A DNA stretch of 64,000 bases from Candidatus Moraniibacteriota bacterium (GCA_016699795.1 CP065011.1:12838-76837), one strand, 5' to 3'. Numbered from the stretch's first letter, positions 40,099 through 51,403 are shown. Translations and numbers: made by a program. Notes: generated by a model not told the origin, from the letters alone.

Positions 40099-41607
40099 CT
40101 ACTGTTCCAGATATACTTCTTTAAATTCTTTTATCGCCTTTTTAAGAAGTTCCTCAATTTCTTCCGTTATCACCTTTTCCTTCGTAATCTTCTCAACAAT
40201 ATTTTTTTTCTGAGAATCAAAATAAGTCAAAAGCTCCTGTTCCCATACGCGAACCTTTTCAACAGGAACTTCATCAATATATCCCCGAGTAACGGCGTAC
40301 AATGAAATAACTTGCTGAGAAACTGTTAAGGGAGAATACTGATCTTGTTTTAAAATTTCTACAGTCCTTCTTCCTCTCTCAAGTTGACTTCGCGTTTTTT
40401 CATCAAGATCAGAACCAAATTGTGCAAAAGCTTCAAGCTCTCTAAATTGAGCAAGGTCGAGACGAAGTTGACCAGCCACTTGCTTCATAGCTTTAATCTG
40501 AGCCGATGATCCTACGCGAGAAACTGAAAGTCCCACATTTACTGCGGGCCGAATGCCTTTATAAAATAAATTACTTTCCAAATAAATTTGTCCGTCAGTA
40601 ATAGAAATAACATTCGTTGGAATATAAGCACTTACATCTCCAGCTTGAGTTTCAATAATAGGTAATGCTGTTATAGATCCCCCTCCATATTCTTTATTAA
40701 GTCGAGCACTTCTTTCTAGAAGTCGTGAATGCAAATAAAAAACATCTCCTGGATAAGCTTCTCGTCCTGGTGGGCGACGAAGAATAAGAGAAATCTGACG
40801 ATATGCCCAAGCATGTCTTGAGAGATCATCATAGACAACTAGAACATCTTTCCCTTGAGCCATGAAATATTCTCCGATAGCGCATCCTGCGTACGGGGAA
40901 AGAAAGGATAAACTCGCAGCCTCTGATGCTCCAGCACTTACGACTACGGTATATTCCATAGCTCCACGACTTTCTAATTCTGCAACAATTCTTGCAACTT
41001 TAGATTCTTTCTGTCCTACAGCCACATAAACACAAATCATATTCTGCCCCTTCTGATTAATGATAGCGTCAATAGCTACAGCAGTTTTTCCTGTTTGTCG
41101 ATCACCAATGATAAGCTCTCTTTGACCTCGTCCGATAGGAATCATAGCGTCAATAGCTTTGATACCAGTTTGAACTGGTTGATTCACTGCTTCACGAGTC
41201 ACCACTCCTGGAGCAACTTTTTCAATAGGCATCCGTTCTTTTGCGGGAATTTCTCCCTTTCCATCTTTCGGAGCTCCAAGTGGATCAACGACACGACCAA
41301 TAATCTTTTCACTCACAGGAATAGATAAAATTTTTCCCGTAGCACGAACCATATCTCCTTCAGCAACATCTCCGGATGATCCTAAAATCATCACACCAAC
41401 CTGACTTTCTTCCAAGTTAAGAACTACACCAAAAAGACCAGATTGAAATTCTACCATTTCCATAATGGCAACTCTGGAGAGACCGGAAATGCGAGCGACG
41501 CCATCTCCTGATTCTAAAACAATTCCAACAGGATCCTCTTTTGCTTTGGGATCAAATGCTTGAATCTGTTTCTGAATATAATCAATAATAGGATCTGTAT
41601 GTTGCAT
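40099..41607 (-). CDS. atpA: F-type ATP synthase subunit alpha
   Basis: GDRQTGKT Walker A, 502 aa, full alpha architecture. Confidence 0.97.
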   Translation of the reverse strand: MQHTDPIIDYIQKQIQAFDPKAKEDPVGIVLESGDGVARISGLSRVAIMEMVEFQSGLFGVVLNLEESQVGVMILGSSGDVAEGDMVRATGKILSIPVSEKIIGRVVDPLGAPKDGKGEIPAKERMPIEKVAPGVVTREAVNQPVQTGIKAIDAMIPIGRGQRELIIGDRQTGKTAVAIDAIINQKGQNMICVYVAVGQKESKVARIVAELESRGAMEYTVVVSAGASEAASLSFLSPYAGCAIGEYFMAQGKDVLVVYDDLSRHAWAYRQISLILRRPPGREAYPGDVFYLHSRLLERSARLNKEYGGGSITALPIIETQAGDVSAYIPTNVISITDGQIYLESNLFYKGIRPAVNVGLSVSRVGSSAQIKAMKQVAGQLRLDLAQFRELEAFAQFGSDLDEKTRSQLERGRRTVEILKQDQYSPLTVSQQVISLYAVTRGYIDEVPVEKVRVWEQELLTYFDSQKKNIVEKITKEKVITEEIEELLKKAIKEFKEVYLEQ

Positions 41608-41657
41608 ATATGTGCATTATAGTTAGAAAAATTAAGGGAAATAGAAGAAATCTTCTT

Positions 41658-42053
41658 TTATTTCATATATGTTTTTAATACTCGAAATCTTCTGGCGATA
41701 CTTTCATCATAACCTTTCTCTCCAAAGTGAATTTGCGCTCCTCCACCAAGAAGTCTATTTTCCTCCCATACAATATTCATTTTTGGATTTTTTCTTACAG
41801 CCTGAATCTTTTTTTCTAAATCACTTTGTTCTTTTGGAGAAAATGTATAAGCAGTCTGGAGTCGAGCCGTTTCCGTAATTTGATCTTTTTCCTGATATTC
41901 CCAATACAACCGTTTAATTTTTGAAAAAAGTCCCAAATGATGATTTCTTCTCAAAATAAAAATAAATTTTTTCGAGATCATGGCGGTATCTTCAGGATAC
42001 TTTTTTATAAGTACCCTTAAAATTTGAATATATTGTTTTGGAGTAATTTTCAT
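41658..42053 (-). CDS. atpH: F-type ATP synthase subunit delta (short form, ~131 aa)
   Basis: Position between atpF and atpA; C-terminus LLGGGAQIHFGEKGYDESIARRF matches delta (OSCP) C-terminal motif; start at internal ATG 42053. Confidence 0.6.
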   Translation of the reverse strand: MKITPKQYIQILRVLIKKYPEDTAMISKKFIFILRRNHHLGLFSKIKRLYWEYQEKDQITETARLQTAYTFSPKEQSDLEKKIQAVRKNPKMNIVWEENRLLGGGAQIHFGEKGYDESIARRFRVLKTYMK

Positions 42054-42108
42054 ACAGATAAAAACAAAAATGCACAATAACTAACTATACAATACTATCT
42101 TCTTATGA

Positions 42109-42615
42109 CTAGGAACTCTTTTTCGACATATCCAAAAGAATATCCTCAATAAACTTTTTATCTTCAGATGAATCCCAACGCTTTCCCACGACCTTTTCTG
42201 CGGCAAAAACAACCAACTTCGCTATATCTGACTTGAAACGAATAATGTATGCGCGTCGTTCTTCTTCCGCCTGGCTTTTAACTTCTTGAAGAATTTCTAT
42301 TGATTCTTCTTTTGCCTTTTCAAGAAAAACATCTGCAGAACGTTTAGCTTCTTTATGTGCTTCTGAAAGAATTTCTTTTGCTTCTCGTTTTGCATCAAGA
42401 ACAATTTTCTCCGCTTCAATTTTTACTTTTTTATGAAGCTCTTCAGACTTTTTTGCATGCTCAAGACCCCTTTCAATTTTCTTTCTTCGTTCCTCCAAAT
42501 ATTTTAAAATTGGAGTAAATACAAATCGTCGAAGAACATAGAAAAAAATAAGAAAGTTAATCAATTGTGCAAGAAAAAGTCGCCAATCAATTCCTAGTTT
42601 GGAAAGAATTTCCAT
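42109..42615 (-). CDS. atpF: F-type ATP synthase subunit b
   Basis: N-terminal TM then long charged helix; position in operon. Confidence 0.8.
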   Translation of the reverse strand: MEILSKLGIDWRLFLAQLINFLIFFYVLRRFVFTPILKYLEERRKKIERGLEHAKKSEELHKKVKIEAEKIVLDAKREAKEILSEAHKEAKRSADVFLEKAKEESIEILQEVKSQAEEERRAYIIRFKSDIAKLVVFAAEKVVGKRWDSSEDKKFIEDILLDMSKKSS

Positions 42616-42624
42616 ACAAAAAAG

Positions 42625-42921
<297 letters not shown>

Positions 42922-43010
42922 TTAAAAAGAGAATGGGAATATAATTAACTGACAAATTATTCTTTCTTCACTTCTTCTTTTTTTGAAAGAAAAAGTATTT
43001 AAAAGAACAA

Positions 43011-43763
43011 TCAATGTTCCGCCTTCACTGTTGCCATCTTAATAAAAACTGCTGTAAGCATAGCAAATACCAATGCCTGAATAAAACCAACAAAAAGCTC
43101 CATAAAAAGAAATGGGATAGGTACGAAATAAGGAACAAGCACGAGCATAACCATAAGAAGAACCTCTCCAGCAAAAATATTTCCAAACAATCGAAAAGAG
43201 AAAGAGAGAATTTTAGATACTTCACTGACCAATTCTAAAAATCCAACAAAAGTTCCAATCCCATAAGGTTTCTTAAATGGACTTACAAAGAACTTTCCAA
43301 GATAGGAAGAGGCGCCCAAGGCAGAAACACCGAAATAATGAATAGCAAAAAGAGCGACTGCCGTCAAAGCTAATGTCATATTCATATCTGCCGAAGCACT
43401 TCGGATAAAAGGTATAAATTCTTTTTCTCCATGGACAATTTCAAACATTCCCACCGTTCCCATTCCGGGCAGAACTTCAAAAAGATTAATAACCCAAATA
43501 AAAATAAATATAGAAGCGATAAGGGGAAATGTTCTTCGAGAAAGATTTTTATCCTGCATAACATCATTCACCAAATCCAAGAGAAAATCTATCAAAGATT
43601 CAAAAGCATTTTGAATCTTCTTTGGAACTAAAGAAATTTTCTTCTGAACAAAAAGAGAGATAGCAATAACAAATCCACTCAAAGACAACGTTGCCAATAA
43701 TGTATTGGTAAGAGGAAATGTTCCAATAAAACCAAGAATTTCCGGAGAAAGGGAAATGTGCAT
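43011..43763 (-). CDS. atpB: F-type ATP synthase subunit a
   Basis: FRLFGNIFAGEVLL hallmark with essential Arg; 5-6 TM helices. Confidence 0.9.
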   Translation of the reverse strand: MHISLSPEILGFIGTFPLTNTLLATLSLSGFVIAISLFVQKKISLVPKKIQNAFESLIDFLLDLVNDVMQDKNLSRRTFPLIASIFIFIWVINLFEVLPGMGTVGMFEIVHGEKEFIPFIRSASADMNMTLALTAVALFAIHYFGVSALGASSYLGKFFVSPFKKPYGIGTFVGFLELVSEVSKILSFSFRLFGNIFAGEVLLMVMLVLVPYFVPIPFLFMELFVGFIQALVFAMLTAVFIKMATVKAEH

Positions 43764-43787
43764 AACTATTCAAAAATAATAAATTCT

Positions 43788-44048
43788 CTACTTTTTTTTC
43801 TTTTTTTCAATATCTTGCTCAAGAGAACGTAATACGTGAAGAGTTCTTCTATAAACCAAGATTGCTGTTCCTACAATAGAAAAGAAAAGGCTCAAAAGAA
43901 AGAATATAGGAGAAGTTTTAAATAAAAAATCTATATATTTTCCCACCATTACTCCCAAGATTAAAGGAATAACGATAATATATCCTAACTCCCAAGCAAA
44001 ATTCAAAGCACTCCAAGGTGTGTCTTCTTTTTTCTTCAAAGAAATCAT
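43788..44048 (-). CDS. AtpZ/AtpI-like small membrane protein (first gene of atp operon)
   Basis: 86 aa, two TM helices, directly upstream of atpB. Confidence 0.55.
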   Translation of the reverse strand: MISLKKKEDTPWSALNFAWELGYIIVIPLILGVMVGKYIDFLFKTSPIFFLLSLFFSIVGTAILVYRRTLHVLRSLEQDIEKKKKK

Positions 44049-44451
44049 AAAAAAAACAAAAAGAGCTTTTAAAAACCCTCTTTTATTTTCCTCTTCTCAA
44101 GAAAAAAGTCAAGAGCTTAGAAAATTAACAATGAGATGCACTATTCCTCTCAAATATTATAAAAATTCACCCCCTCTATTGGCCTATAAAAACCTCAAAT
44201 ATTTTCATTTCCTCTACCCATAAAGCAAGAAATAAGAAATTTAAATTTTATTCTCTTAAAAAATGTTCTGCATCAAAAACAAACTATTAAAAAACATTCT
44301 TCCCTAAAGGTTATCAGCAATCAATCCCCCTTCTCGTCAGAGTAAAGAAATTTTTATTACAAATTTCAATTTCCTCAAGTATAAAATAACAATATTAAAA
44401 AAATCGAAAAATATGAGATATACACTTCAATACAAAAATATTCACAGACGC

Positions 44452-46834
44452 TTAACGACGAACTCTTATTTGGCAACTATCAAATTCATTTTTACAATAG
44501 TATGTAATAGTTCCTGAAACATCTGTGCGCACTATTCGGACATCTCGTTCTTCCAATCGTTTTAGTATATCACTATCAGGATGACCATATTTATTATCAT
44601 TCCCAACAGAAATTATAGCGTCTATTGGATGAATTTTTTCCAAAAAATTTTCTGTTGTAGAAGATTTTGATCCATGGTGCGCTACCTTCAGAACGTCCAC
44701 ATTTGAGACATCAAGGAAAGACTCTTGCTCTCCTGGAAGATCCCCCGTAAAAAGAAATGATTGTGCCCCATATTCCAAAAAAAGAACAAGACTGGCTTTA
44801 TTAATATCCTTTTCGGCTTCTTTAATTTTTCCAGAAGGATGTAAAATATTCACAACAGCCCCATTAGGAAAGACAAAACGATCTCCCCAAGAAAAAACTT
44901 TTCTTGGGGTAGTATATGTTTCGAGATTCGTTCTCCATGCCCTATAGACAGCAGTATCTTTCTCTGTGTTCGTCTCTCCCACAAGACCTATCTCATACAC
45001 AGGCATAAGTTCAGAAAAACCTCCTATGTGATCCGCATCCGGATGAGTCGCTATCACCATCTCAATATGTCTGTCATTGTATGGCATTTCTTGACGCAAT
45101 CGATCAAGAAGAATTTTTGGATTCGGTCCTCCATCAATAAGTACTTGTATATTTCCTGAAGAAAGTAAAATAGCGTCTCCCTGACCAACATCTAAAAAAG
45201 AAACTTTTATACCAGAAGAGTCTTTCCAAGTGCTCTGAAAAATATGCCAGCCAAAAACAAACGTCATTCCTCCCAAAATAAATAGAATCCAAAAAAGGAT
45301 CGTGCTATTTTTCACCAGCCTCATAAAGCTCACATTGTAAATATTTTTTCCTTCGATTTTTCACATAATACCAAAAAAGTACAAAAAGGATAGCCCCATA
45401 ATACATATATGAAAAATCCATCGAGAAAGATGAGATAGAAAAAAACGAAAAAGAAGAGATACTATCTATAACAAAAAGATTATAAGAAAGAATCAAAGAA
45501 GCCCCCAAACCAAAAAGTTTCGCAAGAAAAAAAGAAAAAGAACTTACTACAAGAGCAAAAAAGAGAAAAAACATAACCAATGGTATATTCCAAAGAATAA
45601 GAATATTAGCAAACAAAGAAAGAAAAGAGAAAGAGCCAAATGTTCCTAGTATAAGTGGGAGAACAAATAATTGTGCGGCCAACGTAGTCAAAAAAATTTC
45701 AATGAAAATTTCCACTATCCAGGGAAATTTTTGCTTGTTCCATTTAGTTACTATTATAGGAACGCCCAAAAGAATTCCTGCCGTTGCTAATACGGACAAT
45801 TGAAAACCAACATCGTATCGAAGAATAAACGGATTATCAAAAACCATCATCGCACTTGCCAAGAGAAGAGCTCTCGTACCAGAACCTATTACACCACCTC
45901 GCACAGCAAAGAGAACGAGAATACCCATAATGCCGGCACGAACTCCAGAAGCTGGAAATCCTATAAGAGCAAGAAAGAAAAAAATACCAAGGACGCCAAT
46001 CCACCAAGAATGTTGTCGACGAATACCTATGGCAATAGCAATAAGAGAAAAATATTGAACCAAAAGGGTAACATTATACCCCGAAACCGCTACGATATGA
46101 GTCATAGAAGTATTATTAAATTTTTCCTCCCATTCTTTGCTAAATCGAGAGGTCCCTCCAAAAAGTAATCCCGAGCCAAGAGCGCTTTCTGGGAAAGGAA
46201 GGATTTTTTCTAATCGACTTTCCCAATCAGATCGCATATCCGCTAATCGCGATTGCCAAGTAATCGTTCTTTCTCCAGTTTTTCGAGGATTATAATCATA
46301 GCAAAAAAGAACTGGCCCACGAGAAGCAAATATTCTTTTCCAATCCATTTGAGTTTCCTTGTCATATTCAGGAATTTCCCAATTGCATGAAACATAAACA
46401 TGTTCTCCCTGCTGATAATTTTCCCATAATTGAGTACGTAAGAAGGCCTCCTCTTAAAAACAATCTCCCCTATCACAATACTGAAAAACAAAAGGAACTC
46501 TTTGCGTTGAATTTTCTTTCACAGATGATCCAGAAATGACAACTTCTTGAGAAAAAGCTGTTCCAGAAATACCTTCAATGAAAGAAAAATCTGTCTTTTT
46601 TGAAAAGATTAATAAGAAAAAAGGAAGAGAAAGAAAAAAAATAACATAAGGGTATATATGCCTATTTTCATAGAATCCTCCAAGAAGAGCCATTCCTAAT
46701 CCGAAACTCAAAAAAAAGATAATCCAAGAAAATTTAAAAAAAAGAATACTTATTGCACCAACAAGAAGGGCTATCGAAAAAGAAACCAAACCGTCAGATA
46801 CAAAAAGAATCTTCTTTTGTTCAAAAGAGAGCAT
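44452..46834 (-). pseudogene. comEC: ComEC/Rec2 DNA-uptake channel gene broken into three pieces (in-frame TAA at 46454-46456; frameshift in 45305-45333 overlap)
   Basis: Piece 1 (46834..46454): N-terminal TM/OB region, continues in same frame after TAA (...CDRGDCF*EEAFLRTQLWENYQQGEHVYVSC...). Piece 2 (46348..45305): competence domain (TSMTHIVAVSGYNVTLL). Piece 3 (45333..44452): metallo-beta-lactamase domain (VSFLDVGQGDAILL...ATHPDADHIGG) in a different frame. Confidence 0.65.
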
Positions 46835-47039
46835 GTGCTAAATAGATAAAAAATTTTCCTTCCCCTATGAAAGAAAAGTAGTTTCTTTTATAAAAAAATG
46901 CAAAAAATAGCCACATCGATATAAACAACAATGACCATCTCCCTCACTATTTTTTCGAAAAAAAGAAAGTCTTATAAAAAATTATCTTTTTATAGAACCT
47001 TGCTTATGAAAATATCCAAATAAAAAAATCCTAAAAATT

Positions 47040-47744
47040 TCAACGTCGAATCTCAATCAAACCGAAATGATCTTGTATGTTTTTTTGGATACGATCAAGA
47101 TTTACAAATGTATCAGCTGCAATTTGTAAGTCTTTACATAAAATCTTTCCTTGTCGAAACTCTTGCAAATAATAAGCACTCGCGCCATCTATCCATTCTG
47201 CAATACGAAAAAAATCTTCTTCTTCGTGAATCCCAGGAACAACCGTAGTTCGAAATTCATATTCTTTCGCTCGTTTCATAAGAAGAGAAACGCTTCTTTT
47301 TATATCATCAAGAGGAACACTTACACCAGTTGCGAGTGAATATTTTTCTGGCATATGTTTAATATCCATAGCCCAATAATCAACAACATTCTCATTGAGA
47401 ATTTTCTCCACAATATCTGGAAAAAAGCCATTCGTATCGAGTTTAATCAAAAATCCCAAAGATCGTATACGAGAAATTGTTTCCAAAAGATCTTTCTGAA
47501 GTGTGGGCTCTCCTCCTGTAATACAAACAGCATCAAGTTTTCCTTTTCGTTTTTCAAGGAAATCAAAGAATTCTTCTTCACGATTTTTTTTGAATAATTC
47601 CAGAGAAATACTATCTGTCACCTCAACTAATTCAGGATTATGACAAAAAGGACATCGAAAAACGCATCCAGGAGTAAAAACAACTGTGGCCATTTTTCCA
47701 GGATAATCAAGAAGGGTAAATTTTTCAAAGCCTGCTATATGCAT
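47040..47744 (-). CDS. nrdG: Anaerobic ribonucleotide reductase activating protein (radical SAM)
   Basis: N-terminal CVFRCPFC (Cx3Cx2C) radical-SAM cluster motif, 234 aa, near nrdD. Confidence 0.75.
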   Translation of the reverse strand: MHIAGFEKFTLLDYPGKMATVVFTPGCVFRCPFCHNPELVEVTDSISLELFKKNREEEFFDFLEKRKGKLDAVCITGGEPTLQKDLLETISRIRSLGFLIKLDTNGFFPDIVEKILNENVVDYWAMDIKHMPEKYSLATGVSVPLDDIKRSVSLLMKRAKEYEFRTTVVPGIHEEEDFFRIAEWIDGASAYYLQEFRQGKILCKDLQIAADTFVNLDRIQKNIQDHFGLIEIRR

Positions 47745-47848
47745 ATATCTCTTTTTCTAAAATTGACAAATTTAGTTTTTTGTGTTATATATAATCCGCT
47801 CTTATGCCCTTTAACATCTGCTCCCTATCCCCTAGAGGAATTACTTCC

Positions 47849-48352
47849 ATGACCACTAATCACGAAGATTTTTCTGACTCCGGCGAAGATGAGATGAAAA
47901 TTAAACCCCGCAGATCTTTAGTTGGTTATATGGCCAAATTGATCTCCTTCTTCTTAGGTTTTTTTCTGGTAGGTTTTTTGGTTTATAATCTCCTTCAAGG
48001 AGGAAATAACCCCCTCACATTACTTCAAGAAAAATTCTCGCGAAAAGAGTTCTCCTGTTCTTTCTTTCTCAGCACATGGGATACGATCAATTTTAAGGAT
48101 GATTCTCTCGGGATTGTAAAGTATCGAAGGCATGCAGCCTTTCCTTTTAGTCTTTTCGAGGGTCAGAAGCTCGAAGTAATCTTCATAGACACTTCAGGAA
48201 AAGTATCTGAAAAAACCTTTGATACAAAATCAAGTAGTTTTTGCACTTCCATAAGAGAAGTCCAATCCTTCGGGGAAAAAGAAACGCTGTCTAAATGGAC
48301 AAAAAATATGGAAAGGTCAAGGAAACTTATTGATAAACAAGGAGCGTTGTAA
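47849..48352 (+). CDS. Hypothetical bitopic membrane protein (167 aa)
   Basis: SD agagga 9 nt upstream of ATG 47849; acidic N-term, one TM, extracytoplasmic domain; strong terminator after stop. Confidence 0.55.
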   Translation: MTTNHEDFSDSGEDEMKIKPRRSLVGYMAKLISFFLGFFLVGFLVYNLLQGGNNPLTLLQEKFSRKEFSCSFFLSTWDTINFKDDSLGIVKYRRHAAFPFSLFEGQKLEVIFIDTSGKVSEKTFDTKSSSFCTSIREVQSFGEKETLSKWTKNMERSRKLIDKQGAL

Positions 48353-48366
48353 TAGGTTTCGTATCA

Positions 48367-48400
48367 AAAGGGGAAAAACATTTCCCCTTTTTTTCTTTTT
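48367..48400 (+). terminator. Intrinsic terminator
   Basis: aaaggggaaa-aaca-tttccccttt followed by ttttttcttttt. Confidence 0.7.
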
Positions 48401-48418
48401 AAAGAATTCGGAGCTAAA

Positions 48419-48667
48419 CTAACAAGAACAAGCGTATTCTTTCCTATCATTATATTCAGCTTGCTTTCCTTTATTCCATTGAGAAACAGGGCGGATATAT
48501 CCCACAACACGAGAATATACTTCTGTTGTGCGATAATTACGAAGCATTGAATCTTTTTTAAAACATTGTACGCATTTATAATATGAGCATTTTTGAGCTT
48601 CATATTCCATGTATTTCTCTCCCTCAGAAATTATCTCCTCGCAGTCATGACATGTTATTTTTTCCAT
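48419..48667 (-). CDS. Stand-alone glycyl-radical domain protein with Cys-rich zinc-ribbon (NrdD C-terminal-like)
   Basis: 82 aa: CHDC...C-x4-C-x2-C then TTEVYSRVVGYIRPVSQWNKGKQAEYNDRKEY, matching the conserved NrdD glycyl-radical C-terminus (RVxGY); ~60 nt downstream of nrdD. Confidence 0.7.
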   Translation of the reverse strand: MEKITCHDCEEIISEGEKYMEYEAQKCSYYKCVQCFKKDSMLRNYRTTEVYSRVVGYIRPVSQWNKGKQAEYNDRKEYACSC

Positions 48668-48730
48668 ATTCGCTTTTTTTTGAATATTGATAATCTTTTT
48701 TTAAATCATCAATACTCTTATTTTATTATT

Positions 48731-50857
48731 TTATGTATTATTTTCCTTTTTCTTCACTTGTAACTTTTCACTTACTCCAGAAACGACACAAAACGGACAA
48801 ATAGGAACTTCTCCTGACAAATATCCATGTTCGGGACAAATACTAAACGTCGGTGTGATAGAGAAATAAGGAAGATGATAATGATGGGAAATTTTCTTTA
48901 CAAGATCTCGTACCTGAGTTCCTTTAGAAAGTCGTTCTCCAAGAAATCCATGAAGGACAGTTCCTCCTGTGTATTTTGTTTGCAAATTATCCTGAAGATC
49001 CAATGCCTCAAAGATATCTTGTGTGTGTCCAACGGGAAGTTGAGATGAATTTGTATAGTATGGTTCTGCCTTATGTTTTCGAACATCCTCATCATTAGCA
49101 AAAATAATAGTATCAAATTTTGCCTTATCCTTGAGGGCTAATCTGTACGACGTTCCTTCTGCAGGAGTTGCCTCAAGATTATACATATTTCCCGTTTCTT
49201 TTTGATAGTTTATTATGCGATCTCTCATATGTTCAAGAACTTCCTGAGCAAGAAAATTTCCTTTTTCTGTTGTAATAGGTTCCCCCACAAGATTAAGAAG
49301 TGCTTCATTCATTCCCACAATTCCTATAGTAGAAAAGTGATTACTCCAATAAAGAGAAAATCGCTTATAAATATTTCTCAAATAAAACTTTGTGTAAGGA
49401 TAAAGACCTTTTTTCGTAAGATGCTCAACAGCATTTCTTTTAATCTCCAAACTTTCTTTAGCAAGGTCCATAAGATGATCTAATTTCTCATAAAAATCGC
49501 TCATATCTTGAGAAATATAACCCAAACGAGGAAGATTTATCGTTACAACACCAATAGATCCTGTAAGAGGATTCGCTCCAAAAAGACCACCTCCACGCTT
49601 TCTTAACTCCTTGTTATTCAACCGCAATCTACAACACATACTTCGTGCATCATCCGGACTCATATCAGAGTTTACAAAGTTTGCAAAATAAGGAATGCCA
49701 TATTTTGCTGTCATTTCCCAAATAGGATCAAATCGTTTATCCTCCCAAGGAAAATTCTTCGTTATATTATATGTCGGGATAGGAAAGGTAAATATTCTTC
49801 CAGAAGAATCTCCCTCACACATAACCTCGGCGAAAGCTCTGTTTATCATATCCATTTCTTTCTGAAACTCACCATACTTTTCTTTTTGAGGAACACCCCC
49901 TATAACCACAGATTCGTCGCGGAGAGTGCTTGGAGGAGTCATATCAAGAGTGATGTTCGAAAACGGAGTCTGGAAACCTACACGAGTAGAAACGTTCATG
50001 TTAAAAACGAATGACTGCATTTCCTGTTTCACTTGTTTATAAGAAAGGTTATCATATCGAACAAACGGAGCTAAAAGAGTATCGAAATTTGAAAAAGCTT
50101 CTGCCCCAGCTGCTTCACCTTGTAATGTGTAAATGAAATTAACTATTTGTCCAAGAGCAACGCTAAAATGTTTTGCTGGAGAACATGAAACTTTCCCATC
50201 AACACCAGTAAATCCTTCATGTAAGAGATCTTGTAAATCCCAACCACAACAATATGCTGATATTGCCTGAAGATCATGAATATGAAAATCACCTTCTTCA
50301 TGTGCATTACGAATTTCTTCTGGATAAATTCTACTCATCCAATACTTTGCACTTACAGCACTAGAAATATAATTATTAAGACCCTGCAATGAATACGCCA
50401 TATTGGCATTTTCTTTCGTTTTCCAATCTAATTCACCCAAATAATCATCCACAAGGCGAATAGCGTCCTGCAAAGAGTTTCTCGCTTCCCGTGCTTGTCG
50501 TCTTTTTTCTCGATAGAGAATATAAGCCTTGGCCGTTTCTTCAAAATCCAAAACCATCAATACCTTTTCTACAGTATCTTGAACACTTTCAATATTTGGA
50601 ATATATTCCTTATCTGAATTTTTTTTAAATTTTAAAGCCTCTTTTTCCAAAAGCGCAACTACCTTTTTGGCAACCTTCTTTGCTTCTTTTGTTGTTCCCT
50701 CTCCTGTAACGAGAAGAGCTTTTTCCACAGCGATCACAATTTTTTTAGGTTGAAAAGCTGCTTTTCTCCCACTCCTCTTTATAATACGAAGTAAAGTAGA
50801 ACTTTCTAGAGAGCTATTTTTTTCCTCTTCTTTTTTTGGGATGGCTATTGTATTCAT
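48731..50857 (-). CDS. nrdD: Anaerobic ribonucleoside-triphosphate reductase (class III) body, ends after its zinc site without glycyl-radical motif
   Basis: N-terminal ATP-cone (LRIIKRSGRKAAFQPKKI), large catalytic barrel, C-terminal FSITPTFSICPEHGYLSGEVPICPFC then stop TAA; 4-nt overlap with nrdR. Confidence 0.9.
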   Translation of the reverse strand: MNTIAIPKKEEEKNSSLESSTLLRIIKRSGRKAAFQPKKIVIAVEKALLVTGEGTTKEAKKVAKKVVALLEKEALKFKKNSDKEYIPNIESVQDTVEKVLMVLDFEETAKAYILYREKRRQAREARNSLQDAIRLVDDYLGELDWKTKENANMAYSLQGLNNYISSAVSAKYWMSRIYPEEIRNAHEEGDFHIHDLQAISAYCCGWDLQDLLHEGFTGVDGKVSCSPAKHFSVALGQIVNFIYTLQGEAAGAEAFSNFDTLLAPFVRYDNLSYKQVKQEMQSFVFNMNVSTRVGFQTPFSNITLDMTPPSTLRDESVVIGGVPQKEKYGEFQKEMDMINRAFAEVMCEGDSSGRIFTFPIPTYNITKNFPWEDKRFDPIWEMTAKYGIPYFANFVNSDMSPDDARSMCCRLRLNNKELRKRGGGLFGANPLTGSIGVVTINLPRLGYISQDMSDFYEKLDHLMDLAKESLEIKRNAVEHLTKKGLYPYTKFYLRNIYKRFSLYWSNHFSTIGIVGMNEALLNLVGEPITTEKGNFLAQEVLEHMRDRIINYQKETGNMYNLEATPAEGTSYRLALKDKAKFDTIIFANDEDVRKHKAEPYYTNSSQLPVGHTQDIFEALDLQDNLQTKYTGGTVLHGFLGERLSKGTQVRDLVKKISHHYHLPYFSITPTFSICPEHGYLSGEVPICPFCVVSGVSEKLQVKKKENNT

Positions 50858-51339
50858 ACAGTCTTTTCTTTTCTTAATCCTATCTTTTTTTCTTCTTCAA
50901 GTTTATCCAGCTCTTTACGAAAATTTCCTACACTTTTGAACGATTTATATACACTTGCAAACCTCATATACGCAACATCATCAATATCCCGAAGCTTTTT
51001 TAAAATAAGCTTTCCAATGTCTCTACTTTTTATTATTTCATTATGTCTCGAATGAATACCGTATTCTATATCTCCAAGAAATTTTTCTATCTGCTCAAGT
51101 GTTACGGGCCTCTTTTCAAAGGCTTTTTCTAATCCTTTCCGAATTTTTTCTCGATCATATTCCTGCTCTTCCCCCGATCGCTTTACTACAGTAATTTTTA
51201 GCACTTCAACTTCTTCATATGTGGTAAAACGTCGTCCGCATTTTTCACATTCCCTTCTTCTTCGAATAGCACGCCCCTCATGCACATCGCGGGAATCAAT
51301 AACTTTAACGCTTGTATTCTGACAAAAAGGACATATCAT
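50854..51339 (-). CDS. nrdR: Transcriptional repressor NrdR
   Basis: MICPFCQNTSVKVIDSRDVHEGRAIRRRRECEKCGRRFTTYE zinc ribbon + ATP-cone. Confidence 0.95.
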   Translation of the reverse strand: MICPFCQNTSVKVIDSRDVHEGRAIRRRRECEKCGRRFTTYEEVEVLKITVVKRSGEEQEYDREKIRKGLEKAFEKRPVTLEQIEKFLGDIEYGIHSRHNEIIKSRDIGKLILKKLRDIDDVAYMRFASVYKSFKSVGNFRKELDKLEEEKKIGLRKEKTV

Positions 51340-51354
51340 AAAAAGTCTTTACAT

Positions 51355-51403
51355 TTTCTAGATATTGTGTAGCTATCTTTACTTTCTACACAATATATTG
51401 TGG
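51355..51403. promoter_or_regulatory. Two NrdR boxes upstream of nrdR-nrdD
   Basis: Box B acacaatatattgtgg (51388-51403) matches acaCwAtATaTwGtgt; box A tctagatattgtgtag (51355-51370) is a weaker copy; centre spacing ~33 bp; candidate minus-strand promoter ttgctt-17-tatact at 51421-51449. Confidence 0.6.

Noticed and set aside
46243-46491. 82-aa minus-strand ORF between ComEC pieces
   Set aside because: Out-of-frame overlap with the ComEC reading frame, which continues with homologous sequence across this region
48364-48603. 79-aa minus-strand ORF overlapping the glycyl-radical ORF
   Set aside because: Alternative frame of a region whose other frame encodes the conserved EVYSRVVGY motif
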